DNA of 41,684 nt from Pyrinomonadaceae bacterium (GCA_026785925.1 JAJAZE010000316.1:1-41684), one strand, 5' to 3'; shown: positions 17,958 through 26,751, numbered from the stretch's first letter. Translations and numbers: made by a program. Notes: generated by a model from the letters alone, not told the origin.

Positions 17958-20402
17958 ATGACAAACCCGCTCGATAAAATCAAAAAAATAAAAGGACGCA
18001 GTTTGAAGGAACTTCGCACACGCGGCGAACAAGCCGTTTTTGCCCGCGCCGAGCAAATCGGGTTGAGCGGCAAACTGCCGTCGGATGCGGATTTTGTTCA
18101 ACTGATTGACGGCGCGGCGTTCGGCGGCGAAAATGTTACGGCGGGAAATCTGTTCGAGAAATTTTACGAAGACGCGCAGTTTAATTTTTTTCCGGCTTTT
18201 CGAGAGAAAAAAGAAATTTTAGAAATTTACGAAAGTCGGTTCGGCGCGAGCGCGAAGACGTTCATCGAAAAAGCCGAAAAAATCGTCGTCGGCAAATTCG
18301 ATTTGCTCGGCTATCAGGATTTAGATTTCGGCACGCCGGTTAATTGGCATTACGAACCGCTTGCCGACAAACATATTCCGCGCAAGCATTGGAAACAGTT
18401 CGACGACCTGGCGACGACCGAAACCGGCGACAAAAAAATCGTTTGCGAGCTTAGTCGTCACCAATACTTTTTCACGCTCGGTGTCGCCTACTGGCTGACC
18501 GGCGACGAGCGTTACGCGAAAACTTTCGCCGCGCATCTCGACGACTGGATGCGGAAAAATCCGCCCGGCAGCGGCATCAATTGGGCGAGCAGTCTGGAAG
18601 TGGCGTTTCGGGTGATCTCGTGGACTTGGGCGTTCCATTTTTTCAAAGATTCGGTTCACTTCACGCCGGAGATTTTTCAGAAAGCTCTGAAATTCGTTCA
18701 TCAGCACGGCAGACATCTTTTGAAATACCTTTCGACTTATTACAGCCCGAATACGCATCTGACGGGTGAAGCGTTGGGACTTTACTATCTCGGAACGCAG
18801 TTTCAATTTTTCAAAGCGGCGAAAAACTGGCGCGAAACGGGCGAGAGAATTCTTTTTGAAGAACTGGGTCGGCAAATTTTGCCCGACGGCGTATATTTCG
18901 AGCAGTCAACCTGGTATCAGCGTTACACGGCGGATTTTTACACGCATTTTCTTATTCTGAAAACTCTCGGCGGCGAAGAAGCCGAAAAGGATTTGCAGAT
19001 GGAACTCGGCGCGAAACTACAGTCGCTGACTGATTTTCTGATGGCGGCGACTCGTCCCGACGGCACGACACCGCTGATCGGTGACGACGACGGCGGCAGT
19101 TGTCTGCCGCACGGCAGCCGGAAATGCGTTGACTTTCGCGCTGTTCTGTCAACCAATGCGATTTTGTTCGAGCGCGGCGATTACAAATTGGTTGCCGGTG
19201 AATTTGCCGAAGAAACGCTATGGCTGCTCGGCGGCGCGGGCGCACAAAGTTACGATTTTTTGCGGGCGCGAAAACCGGTTGAGGATTCGTCGGCATTTGC
19301 CGACGGCGGCTATTTCGTAATGCGCGACGGCTGGCTGGAGACGGATAATTATCTGCTGGTTGACTGCGGCAAACTCGGCTCTTTAAGCGGCGGACACGGA
19401 CACGCCGACGCACTCTCGATTGATTTAGCGGTCGGCGGCAAAACGATGCTGGTTGACGCGGGAACTTACACTTATCACGAATCGCCTGCCTTGCGCGATG
19501 CGTTTCGTTCGACCGCCGCGCACAATACTTTAATGATTGACGGCGTATCGCAGTCGGAACCGGGCGGGAAATTTAGCTGGACGACCAAAGCGAACGCCGA
19601 TTTGAAAAAGTGGATTGCCCAGGATCGTTTCGATTTTTTTGAAGGTTCGCACGACGGCTACGAACGGCTCGCCGCGCCCGCGACGCACACGCGCAGCATT
19701 TTATCTTTGAAAAACGATTATTGGATTGTCAGGGATTTTGTCAAAACGGCGGGCAAACACGATTATCAACTGAATTTTCACTTTAATCACGAAACTAATC
19801 CGCAGATCGAAACGGCGGAAAACGGCATCGTGTGCGTCGGCGAAGCGAGCGATGCGGAAAGCGGTCTGCGGCTTTTCACCTTTGGCGACAACGGAAATTG
19901 GCAGAAAAACGAAGGCTCGATTTCCGATTGTCTTGGCAGAAAACTCGCCGCGCCGCTTTTGCAATACGCTTCGAGCGGAACCGGCGCACAAGAATTTTTT
20001 ACGTTTCTGCTGCCGGTCGAAACCGGAATTGACGCGCCGCAGGTTTATGAAACTCCGGTTTGCGGCGGACGCGCTTTCGTTATTAATTTTCGAGGTTATC
20101 AGGATTTGCTGGTTTTCGCCGACGGCGGGCAAATCGTTCGCACCGAAATTTTCAACACGAACTTTCGTTTTTTGTGGGCGCGTCTGAGCGCGGGCGAAAT
20201 TTTGCCGGAAGAATTTGTCTTAATCGGCGGCACGGACTTTTCCCTCGGCGGCAGGGAAGTCGTCAACTATCCGGTCGAATTGGAATTTGCGACCGCGCGG
20301 CGTTTCGGCAATAAGCTAAATGTCCAGACACCGGAAAGCATTTTTCGGGTTTCGCTGCCGCAAAAACATTCGACCGCTTATATTTTGAAAAACCAAAGGT
20401 AG
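17958..20402 (+). CDS. Heparinase II/III-like (alginate-lyase superfamily) protein
   Basis: GGHGHADALSIDL motif, WASSLEVAFRVISW, and an N-terminal alpha/alpha toroid-like region. Start placed after the palindromic element at MTNPLDKIKK (17958); ATG 17934 is also possible. The track start at 17709 reads through the repeat. Confidence 0.8.
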   Translation: MTNPLDKIKKIKGRSLKELRTRGEQAVFARAEQIGLSGKLPSDADFVQLIDGAAFGGENVTAGNLFEKFYEDAQFNFFPAFREKKEILEIYESRFGASAKTFIEKAEKIVVGKFDLLGYQDLDFGTPVNWHYEPLADKHIPRKHWKQFDDLATTETGDKKIVCELSRHQYFFTLGVAYWLTGDERYAKTFAAHLDDWMRKNPPGSGINWASSLEVAFRVISWTWAFHFFKDSVHFTPEIFQKALKFVHQHGRHLLKYLSTYYSPNTHLTGEALGLYYLGTQFQFFKAAKNWRETGERILFEELGRQILPDGVYFEQSTWYQRYTADFYTHFLILKTLGGEEAEKDLQMELGAKLQSLTDFLMAATRPDGTTPLIGDDDGGSCLPHGSRKCVDFRAVLSTNAILFERGDYKLVAGEFAEETLWLLGGAGAQSYDFLRARKPVEDSSAFADGGYFVMRDGWLETDNYLLVDCGKLGSLSGGHGHADALSIDLAVGGKTMLVDAGTYTYHESPALRDAFRSTAAHNTLMIDGVSQSEPGGKFSWTTKANADLKKWIAQDRFDFFEGSHDGYERLAAPATHTRSILSLKNDYWIVRDFVKTAGKHDYQLNFHFNHETNPQIETAENGIVCVGEASDAESGLRLFTFGDNGNWQKNEGSISDCLGRKLAAPLLQYASSGTGAQEFFTFLLPVETGIDAPQVYETPVCGGRAFVINFRGYQDLLVFADGGQIVRTEIFNTNFRFLWARLSAGEILPEEFVLIGGTDFSLGGREVVNYPVELEFATARRFGNKLNVQTPESIFRVSLPQKHSTAYILKNQR

Positions 20403-20598
20403 TTGATTCGGACAAAACCGACTTTTTAATCGGTTGAATATCGGCGCGGGTCGTCTGCCCGCCTGCTCGCTTGCGTTGCGATTCGATCTGACTTGCCGGA
20501 CTGAAACAGTTGCGCCGGTGACTTTATTCGATACGAATTTCACAGGCACGAGGTTTGCACCTATCGCTTCTAAATTTAGCAAAAGGAGACATTCGATT

Positions 20599-20817
20599 AT
20601 GCAGGACGTGCAAAACATTCCAAACCCGGACGTAAATTCAACTGAAACGGAAGATGATTTCGGCAGTCATCCGCGCCATCAAGACGTTGAAAGACCGGAT
20701 GAAGATATTCCCGTGCCGCCGGACGGCAGCCGCAGCGTACCGATTGAAGAACCGCCGGACGAAGAAGACAAACCGCCGATTGAGGAAGACGAAGCCGAGC
20801 CGAAACTTATCGTTTAG
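20599..20817 (+). CDS. Hypothetical small, highly acidic, Pro-rich protein (72 aa)
   Basis: AAGGAG lies 10 nt upstream of ATG 20599. The sequence MQDVQNIPNPDV...PPDEEDKPPIEEDEAEPKLIV is low-complexity and acidic. Its stop codon TAG is the first 3 nt of the following palindromic element. Confidence 0.45.
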   Translation: MQDVQNIPNPDVNSTETEDDFGSHPRHQDVERPDEDIPVPPDGSRSVPIEEPPDEEDKPPIEEDEAEPKLIV

Positions 20818-21060
20818 AAGCTGTTTGGAAACTCGAAAATTATCGTTGTTGGTCATCGAAGATGACCAACATTATAGCCCAGCGAGAATCGCTGGGTTGG
20901 CGTTCGGTCAGCGTCCCGACGCTGAAAGCGTCGAACAATCAATCTGATGTTGCTCGCTTTCAGCGAGCGTTGAATTGTTTTCCGTCAGACCAGCGATTCT
21001 CGCTGGGCTATAATGTTGGTCGTCTTTGGCGACTAAACCCAAGTTTCCAAACAGCTTCTA
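20815..21060. repeat. 246-bp long-palindrome element (MITE-like or structured RNA), family distinct from A/B
   Basis: Outer IR TAGAAGCTGTTTGGAAACT (20815-20833) / AGTTTCCAAACAGCTTCTA (21042-21060). Inner 30-nt IR 20866-20895 / 20990-21019. Each arm also holds local hairpins (CCCAGCGAGAATCGCTGGG; CGACGCTGAAAGCGTCG / GCTCGCTTTCAGCGAGC). TA dinucleotides sit at both ends. Confidence 0.85.
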
Positions 21061-21140
21061 AGAAAATTTGGGAGTAACTTTTATTACAATTTTAGCTTCT
21101 CCAGCGTCGCTTGCAATGAAAACAATAAAGTGGTGAAAAA

Positions 21141-21213
21141 TCAGAAACCAGAAAGCAGAAGTCAGCATCGCTTTCAGATTAGAATTTCGGCTTCTGGATT
21201 CTGACTTCTACTT
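21141..21213 (-). terminator. Heptamer-array hairpin, likely terminator of the MATE gene
   Basis: TCAGAAA CCAGAAA GCAGAAG TCAG (21141-21165) faces TTCTGGA TTCTGAC TTCTACT (21192-21212). The 5-bp CAGAA/TTCTG helices are separated by 2x2 mismatches. The minus-strand transcript continues with TTTTTC. It abuts the MATE stop codon (21214). Confidence 0.7.
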
Positions 21214-22689
21214 TTAGACAACTTTCAGCTTCCACTTTCCGCGTCTGAAAAGAAACGCCGAAACGATTGCCAGCACCGAAAATGCCACGGTTATCGCCCA
21301 GAAAACGCCGTCCGGTCCAAGTCCGAAATGATACGCCAGCAAGTAGGCGAGCGGAATCTCGAACATCCAGAAAATAAAAAGATTCAAATAAGTCGGTGTC
21401 CAAGTGTCGCCCGCGCCGTTAAATGACGATTCCAAAACCATCCCGAAAGCGTAGAACACGAAACCGTAGGCGACGATGTGCAAACAGTTTGTGCCGTAAG
21501 CTAAAACTTCCGCTTCGTCGGTGAAAAATCCGACGATTCGATTTGAGAAAAATAAAAATATCAAACTGACCGCGCCGAGAACCGCCGCATTGACGAACGC
21601 CGCTTTCCACACTGACGCTTCGGCGCGTTCCGGTTTGCCCGCGCCCAGGTTTTGCCCGACGAGCGTTGCCGCCGCGTTGCTCAAACCAATCGCCGGCAGC
21701 AGCGCGAACATAATCACGCGCAGACCAATGACGTAACCGGCAATCGCTCCGCTGCCGAATCCGGCGACGACGCGAACTAACGCGCTCCAACTTGCCGTCG
21801 CAATCGTGAACTGCAAAACGGCGGGCGCGGCGATTTTAACCAAACTCGACATAATTTCCGAATCATACCGCCAATACTCTTTGCGAATCGTGATGCGCCC
21901 GCCCGGACGAAACAGCCAATATGCCGCGAACAGAACGCCGACCCCGCGCCCGATGGTCGTGCCGATTGCCGCGCCGGTCACGCCGAGTTTCGGAAAAATC
22001 CAATTATCAATCAACCACTGCGGCGCGCCGATTCCCAAAAAAGCGAAAATATCCGCGCCCATAATAAAACACGGCGCGAGAACGATGTTCAAAAGATTTG
22101 CCAGAAACAAAACGCGCATCGCAATCGCCGCGTCGCCCGCGCCGCGAAAAATCGCGTTCAGCAGAAACAGAAAAACGATGACCGCGTTGCCGCCGAGCAT
22201 AATCCTGGTGAACGTCGTGCCTTCAGCGATCACCTGCGGTTCCGCGCCGAGCAGCCGCAGAAAAACGGGCGCGAAAACGATGCCGACGACGCTCATCACC
22301 AGCGAAACAATCACACCCAAATAGATGGCGTGTGCCGCCGTTCGCGCCGCGCCTTCCTGGTCTTTTTCGCCGGTTCGTCGGGCGACTGTTGCCGTCGCGC
22401 CGATGCTCAAACCGATGGCGACGGCGTAGACAATCGCCAGCATTGATTCGGTCAAACCGACAATCGCCACCGAATCCGCGCCCAGATGCCCGACGAAATA
22501 AATGTCTACGATGGCGAAAACGCTCTCCATAAACATTTCCAAAATCATCGGAACGCTCAATAAAAAAATCGCTAAACCGATTGAGCCGGTCGTAAAGTCG
22601 CGCTCGGAACCGGCGACGGCTTCGCGCAGAATTGACCAGAAAGAATTATTCTCCGTCTGCCCGGCAGAATTATCCGTATTTATAGACAT
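21214..22689 (-). CDS. MATE family efflux transporter
   Basis: 491 aa and 12 TM helices. The N-terminal SIGLAIFLLSVPMILEMFMESVFAIVDIYFVGHLG is typical of NorM/DinF-type MATE proteins. Confidence 0.9.
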   Translation of the reverse strand: MSINTDNSAGQTENNSFWSILREAVAGSERDFTTGSIGLAIFLLSVPMILEMFMESVFAIVDIYFVGHLGADSVAIVGLTESMLAIVYAVAIGLSIGATATVARRTGEKDQEGAARTAAHAIYLGVIVSLVMSVVGIVFAPVFLRLLGAEPQVIAEGTTFTRIMLGGNAVIVFLFLLNAIFRGAGDAAIAMRVLFLANLLNIVLAPCFIMGADIFAFLGIGAPQWLIDNWIFPKLGVTGAAIGTTIGRGVGVLFAAYWLFRPGGRITIRKEYWRYDSEIMSSLVKIAAPAVLQFTIATASWSALVRVVAGFGSGAIAGYVIGLRVIMFALLPAIGLSNAAATLVGQNLGAGKPERAEASVWKAAFVNAAVLGAVSLIFLFFSNRIVGFFTDEAEVLAYGTNCLHIVAYGFVFYAFGMVLESSFNGAGDTWTPTYLNLFIFWMFEIPLAYLLAYHFGLGPDGVFWAITVAFSVLAIVSAFLFRRGKWKLKVV

Positions 22690-22972
22690 AAAAATTTATT
22701 ATTTTATAGAGAAAGTGAAACCAAAGACGGAGTTGCGCGACCTCTCTTAACAAGGACGAAACAAATGTTGAAAGCGACGGCTGTCTTAACGGATGCAGGT
22801 AAGGATTTTCATAATGTTTGGGAGTTTTGCACAATCGAAAAAAATGTAAAATGCGTCGGACGTAAATAATTTGAAACAGTTTTAGGAAAAAATTGCTTGA
22901 AACTTGTTTGCGAAAATATGCGTGTAACGGTCTTAAAACCATTGGTCACAGAGAGTTGTAAGTTCACGCAAA

Positions 22973-23000
22973 GCGCGTTCCGAAACCTTTCAGAACGCGC
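22973..23000 (-). terminator. Possible clpA terminator hairpin
   Basis: GCGCGTTC (22973-22980) / GAACGCGC (22993-23000), an 8-bp stem 20 nt past the clpA stop. Only a short T-run (TTTG) follows on the minus strand. Confidence 0.4.
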
Positions 23001-23019
23001 CCAAATTTTTCATCGCAAA

Positions 23020-25278
23020 TCAAAATTCCAAAACCAACTCGTCGTCTTTGACAGTAACTGCAACGCTGCCGCCGTCGGAGAGTTTGCCAAAAAGGATTTC
23101 GTGCGCGAGCGGCTGTTTGATTTTATCGTGAATCAGCCGCGCCATCGGACGTGCGCCGTATTTGCCGTCGAAGCCGTTTTTCGCCAGCCATTCTTTCGCC
23201 AAATCGTCAAGTATAATTAACACGCGCTTTTCGGCGAGCTGCCCGTTTAACTCCTTGATAAATTTATCAACGATTGACGTGATATTTGCCAAATCAAGAG
23301 CTTTGAACGGAACCCAAGCGTCGAGCCGATTGCGAAATTCGGGCGAGAATGTGCGTTCAATCGCGCCTTTCGCTTGTCCTTTCGATTCGCTCTGATTGCG
23401 GAAACCGACACCGCCGCTCGACAACTCTCGTGCGCCCGCGTTGGTTGTCATAATCAAAATCACGTTGCGAAAATCGGCTTTTTTGCCGTTATTGTCGGTC
23501 AGAGTCGCCGAGTCCATCACCTGCAAAAGTAAATTGAAAAGATTCGGATGCGCCTTTTCGATTTCGTCTAAAACTAAAACGGCGTGCGGCGTTCGCATAA
23601 TCGCTTCGGTCAAAAGTCCGCCCTGATCGAATCCGACGTAGCCCGGCGGCGCACCGATTAAGCGCGAAACCGTGTGCGGTTCGGCGTATTCGCTCATATC
23701 GTAGCGCATAAATTCGATGCCGAGTTGTTCCGCCAACTGTTTCGATAATTCGGTTTTGCCGACTCCGGTCGGACCGGAAAACAGAAACGAGCCGACGGGT
23801 TTGGTTTGCACTCCGAGACCGGCGCGGGAAATTTGAATCGCGTCCACGACTTTATTGATCGCGTCGTCCTGTCCGAAAATGACGTTTTTCAAATCATCGC
23901 GCAGCGATTTCAAACGGTCTTTTTCATCGGCGACCACGCTTTTCGGCGGAATTTTCGCCATTCGCGCAATCGTGTTTTCGACCATTTGCACGGAAATCAT
24001 TTTCGGGCGTTTGTCTTCCGATAAAAGTTTCGTCGCCGCCCCGACTTCATCAATCACATCAATCGCTTTGTCGGGCAAATGCCGGTCGTTGATATATTTT
24101 CCGGCGAGTTCGGCGGCGACTTTCAAGGATTCGTCCGAGTATTTAACGCCGTGATGCGCTTCGTAAAACTTTTTCAAACCTTTAAGTATTTCGTAAGTTT
24201 CGTCAATCGTCGGCTCGCCGATTTCGATTTTCTGAAAACGTCTGGCTAAAGCGCGGTCGCGTTCAAACGCCGATTTATATTCGGCGTAAGTCGTCGAACC
24301 GATACAGCGCAAAGTGCCGTCGGCAAGCGCGGGTTTTAAGATGTTGGAGGCATCCATCGAACCGCCGGAAACCGCGCCCGCGCCGACGATGGTGTGAATC
24401 TCGTCAATAAAAAGAATCGCGTTCTCCTCTTTTTTGAGATCGGTGATAATCGCTTTGAACCGCTGTTCAACATCGCCGCGATAGCGAGTTCCGGCGAGAA
24501 CCGCGCCCATATCGAGAGCGAAAACCTTCGCGCCCTGCAAAACTTCCGGCACGTCGCCTTCGGAAATTTTCAACGCCAAACCTTCCGCCAACGCCGTTTT
24601 CCCAACGCCCGGTTCGCCGACATAAAGCGGATTGTTTTTCTTGCGCCGACAAAGCACCTGCACCGTTCTTTCGATTTCTTCCATTCGCCCGATGATCGGG
24701 TCAATCTCGCCGTTCGCCGCTTTCGCCACGAGTTCGACGGTGAACGATTCGAGCGGCTTTTTCCGCTTGCCGCCGTTGGCGCGTTCTTCGGCAAATTCCT
24801 CGTCTTCAATGCCTTCGCCGACACCTTCAAAGTTCTGCCCGCTCTCGACTTTAGAAATCCCGTGCGCGATGTAATTCAGCATATCGAGCCGTGAAACGCC
24901 CTGCTGTTTCAACAGATAAACGGCGTAAGATTGCTCGGCTTGATAAAGCGCGGCAAGGATATTCCCGCCGTCAACCGCCTTCTGTCCGCTGCCTTCCGCC
25001 TGCAACAGTGCGTATTGAATAGTGTTTTGAAAAGTCGCCGTCAACTCCGGCATCATCTGCACACCGTCGGGCGTTTTCTCCAAAACATCGCGGAAATAAT
25101 CGCCGAGCGAAGCACTAATTTCTTCAACTTTCGCCCCGCAATTAAATAAAATATCGCGGGCGGCGGCATCTTCGAGCAGCGCGAACAGCAGATGCTCCAA
25201 CGTCACGTATTCGTGTTTGTGTTTGACGGCTTCATCAACCGCGTAGCTTAATGTTTCTTCTAATTCTCTGGTTAACAT
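23020..25278 (-). CDS. clpA: ATP-dependent Clp protease ATP-binding subunit ClpA
   Basis: N-terminal Clp_N repeat and two AAA+ modules (GEPGVGKT and GPTGVGKT Walker A motifs). No middle coiled-coil of ClpB length. 752 aa. Confidence 0.95.
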   Translation of the reverse strand: MLTRELEETLSYAVDEAVKHKHEYVTLEHLLFALLEDAAARDILFNCGAKVEEISASLGDYFRDVLEKTPDGVQMMPELTATFQNTIQYALLQAEGSGQKAVDGGNILAALYQAEQSYAVYLLKQQGVSRLDMLNYIAHGISKVESGQNFEGVGEGIEDEEFAEERANGGKRKKPLESFTVELVAKAANGEIDPIIGRMEEIERTVQVLCRRKKNNPLYVGEPGVGKTALAEGLALKISEGDVPEVLQGAKVFALDMGAVLAGTRYRGDVEQRFKAIITDLKKEENAILFIDEIHTIVGAGAVSGGSMDASNILKPALADGTLRCIGSTTYAEYKSAFERDRALARRFQKIEIGEPTIDETYEILKGLKKFYEAHHGVKYSDESLKVAAELAGKYINDRHLPDKAIDVIDEVGAATKLLSEDKRPKMISVQMVENTIARMAKIPPKSVVADEKDRLKSLRDDLKNVIFGQDDAINKVVDAIQISRAGLGVQTKPVGSFLFSGPTGVGKTELSKQLAEQLGIEFMRYDMSEYAEPHTVSRLIGAPPGYVGFDQGGLLTEAIMRTPHAVLVLDEIEKAHPNLFNLLLQVMDSATLTDNNGKKADFRNVILIMTTNAGARELSSGGVGFRNQSESKGQAKGAIERTFSPEFRNRLDAWVPFKALDLANITSIVDKFIKELNGQLAEKRVLIILDDLAKEWLAKNGFDGKYGARPMARLIHDKIKQPLAHEILFGKLSDGGSVAVTVKDDELVLEF

Positions 25279-25287
25279 ATTTCAAAA

Positions 25288-25755
25288 CTATTTACTTTTG
25301 ATGCAAACTAAGCCGTTTTTTTCCGGGTTAAAATTCTTAGGAAAGATTGTTTTATCATCGTAGCGAGTTGCGTCAAATTGCGCCCCGTCCAAATTTGCAT
25401 CGGTAAAATTTGTTCCGCTCACATCAGCCGAACCTCCAAGATTAGATTTTCCGAAGTTCGCGTTCTTCAAGTTTGCACCCGTAAAATCAACTTCCTTTAA
25501 ATTCGCTCCCTGAAATTTCGCTCCCTCACAATTTGTTTCGCTCAAATCAGACATAAAAAGAAATGCCCAATAAAAATCGGCTTCTCTGAGATTCGCCCGA
25601 TGCAAATTTACATCTTCCCACAAGATGCCCTGAAGATTCGCTTTCTCTAAATTTATGCCGGATAAAACTTGTTCTCTTAAAATCCATCTTTCATCGTGTT
25701 CGTCATAACTAAAAATAACTTCTTCGTTAATGTTTTTAATTTCTCTGATTTTCAT
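25288..25755 (-). CDS. Pentapeptide-repeat protein
   Basis: Consecutive A(D/N)LxX quintets (ANLQG ILWED VNLHR ANLRE ADFYW ... ANLKE VDFTG ANLKN ANFGK SNLGG). 155 aa, visibly AT-rich gene. Confidence 0.85.
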   Translation of the reverse strand: MKIREIKNINEEVIFSYDEHDERWILREQVLSGINLEKANLQGILWEDVNLHRANLREADFYWAFLFMSDLSETNCEGAKFQGANLKEVDFTGANLKNANFGKSNLGGSADVSGTNFTDANLDGAQFDATRYDDKTIFPKNFNPEKNGLVCIKSK

Positions 25756-25768
25756 TTCCAGCTTATTT

Positions 25769-26038
25769 CTAGTTTTTTGTAACTTCCTGATTCATCTTTT
25801 CCTGTAGCCAAAGATTAAGCAATGTTTCCGCCGACACGCCGCGCCGTTCGGCAATCGTGTGAAGTTTCGACGAAAGCGAAGTTTCCACCGCGTAATAAAA
25901 AACGTCGGACTGTAAATCAACTGCAAACTCAACTTCTTCGGTTTTCTCCCAAATTTCATCGGCATCGTGCAAATCCCAATACTCGCCGATTTCCTTGTAT
26001 GATTTTGCTTCTGAAATTGAACTTTTATTTTCTTGCAT
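25769..26038 (-). CDS. brnA: BrnA/CopG-like type II antitoxin
   Basis: 89 aa. EIGEYWDLHDADEIWEKTEEVEF, followed by a C-terminal ribbon-helix-helix-like segment (LSSKLHTIAERRGVSAETLLNLWLQEK). Overlaps the upstream DUF497 gene by 14 nt. Confidence 0.65.
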   Translation of the reverse strand: MQENKSSISEAKSYKEIGEYWDLHDADEIWEKTEEVEFAVDLQSDVFYYAVETSLSSKLHTIAERRGVSAETLLNLWLQEKMNQEVTKN

Positions 26039-26309
26039 ATCGTTTTCTCTCCGCGCCGGTCATATCTCGCGCCGACAAAATCAATGCGCGATGGTCTTCT
26101 TTATGAACAAAGTAACAAGCCAAATAGCGTCCGCCGTCGGTTTGACCGAATGCCGCATAAACATTTTCGTCTTTTCGATGCCCTTTTTCAATAAAACGAA
26201 AGCGCGGATTGTTGAGAAAAATTTCGCGGACTTCTCCGGTTTCGACCGAGTGCTTCCAAATTAGTTTCTGAACTATTTCCTCCAGCCAGACAAAACCCGT
26301 AATTTTCAT
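26025..26309 (-). CDS. brnT: BrnT-like (DUF497) ribonuclease toxin
   Basis: 94 aa. FVWLEEIVQKLIWKHSVETGEVREIF ... ALILSARDMTGAERKRYARK matches the DUF497 pattern (F-W-D...KHGV..EE..EVF ... IISAR.at..Er..Y). Its ATG directly abuts the clpS stop codon. Confidence 0.75.
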   Translation of the reverse strand: MKITGFVWLEEIVQKLIWKHSVETGEVREIFLNNPRFRFIEKGHRKDENVYAAFGQTDGGRYLACYFVHKEDHRALILSARDMTGAERKRYARK

Positions 26310-26627
26310 CTATTCTTCCTCGACCGTGCAAAGCAGCGGATATTCCTGTGCGCGGGCGAGGTTCATCGCTTTCTCGGCTTTCATATTGGCGATTTCAAAT
26401 GAATAAACGCCCGCGATGCCGATGCCTTCGTGATGGACTTTGAGCATAATCGCAAACGCTTCGTCGGCGGAACGCAGAAAAACGTGGTTTAGAACGAAAA
26501 CGACGAACTCCATCGTCGTAAAATCGTCGTTGTGCAAAACGGCTTTGTAAAGCGGCGGTTTTTCGAGGCGCGTTGCGCTTTCGGTCATCACCGCGCCGTC
26601 GTCTTCAAATTCGGGGAAATCCGGCAT
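26310..26627 (-). CDS. clpS: ATP-dependent Clp protease adaptor ClpS
   Basis: 105 aa. YKAVLHNDDFTTMEFVVFVL...AFAIMLKVHHEGIGIAGVYSFEIANMKA is the canonical ClpS core. Confidence 0.92.
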   Translation of the reverse strand: MPDFPEFEDDGAVMTESATRLEKPPLYKAVLHNDDFTTMEFVVFVLNHVFLRSADEAFAIMLKVHHEGIGIAGVYSFEIANMKAEKAMNLARAQEYPLLCTVEEE

Positions 26628-26673
26628 AATTTAATTTAACCACAGATGAATACACATTTACACGGACGACTTT

Positions 26674-26739
26674 AACAGGATGGACAGGATATTCAGGATG
26701 AAATCAAAAAATTATCCTGCTCATCCTGTCCATCCTGTT
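26674..26739. repeat. Inverted 9-nt tandem arrays forming a hairpin
   Basis: CAGGAT recurs at 26676, 26685 and 26694 (period 9). ATCCTG recurs at 26714, 26723 and 26732 (period 9). AACAGGATGGACAGGAT (26674-26690) is perfectly complementary to ATCCTGTCCATCCTGTT (26723-26739). It lies between the gdh-like stop and the clpS start. Confidence 0.85.
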
Positions 26740-26751
26740 AAAATTTTTCGA

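Noticed and set aside
20434-20598. Longer 127-aa version of the acidic ORF
   Set aside because: The upstream 55 codons are Cys/Arg/Leu-rich with no ribosome-binding site. A strong AAGGAG precedes the internal ATG at 20599.
20654-21077. ORFs of 97 aa and 71 aa inside the 246-bp palindrome
   Set aside because: Both lie within the inverted-repeat element. Their open frames are a by-product of the palindrome, and there is no SD or family resemblance.
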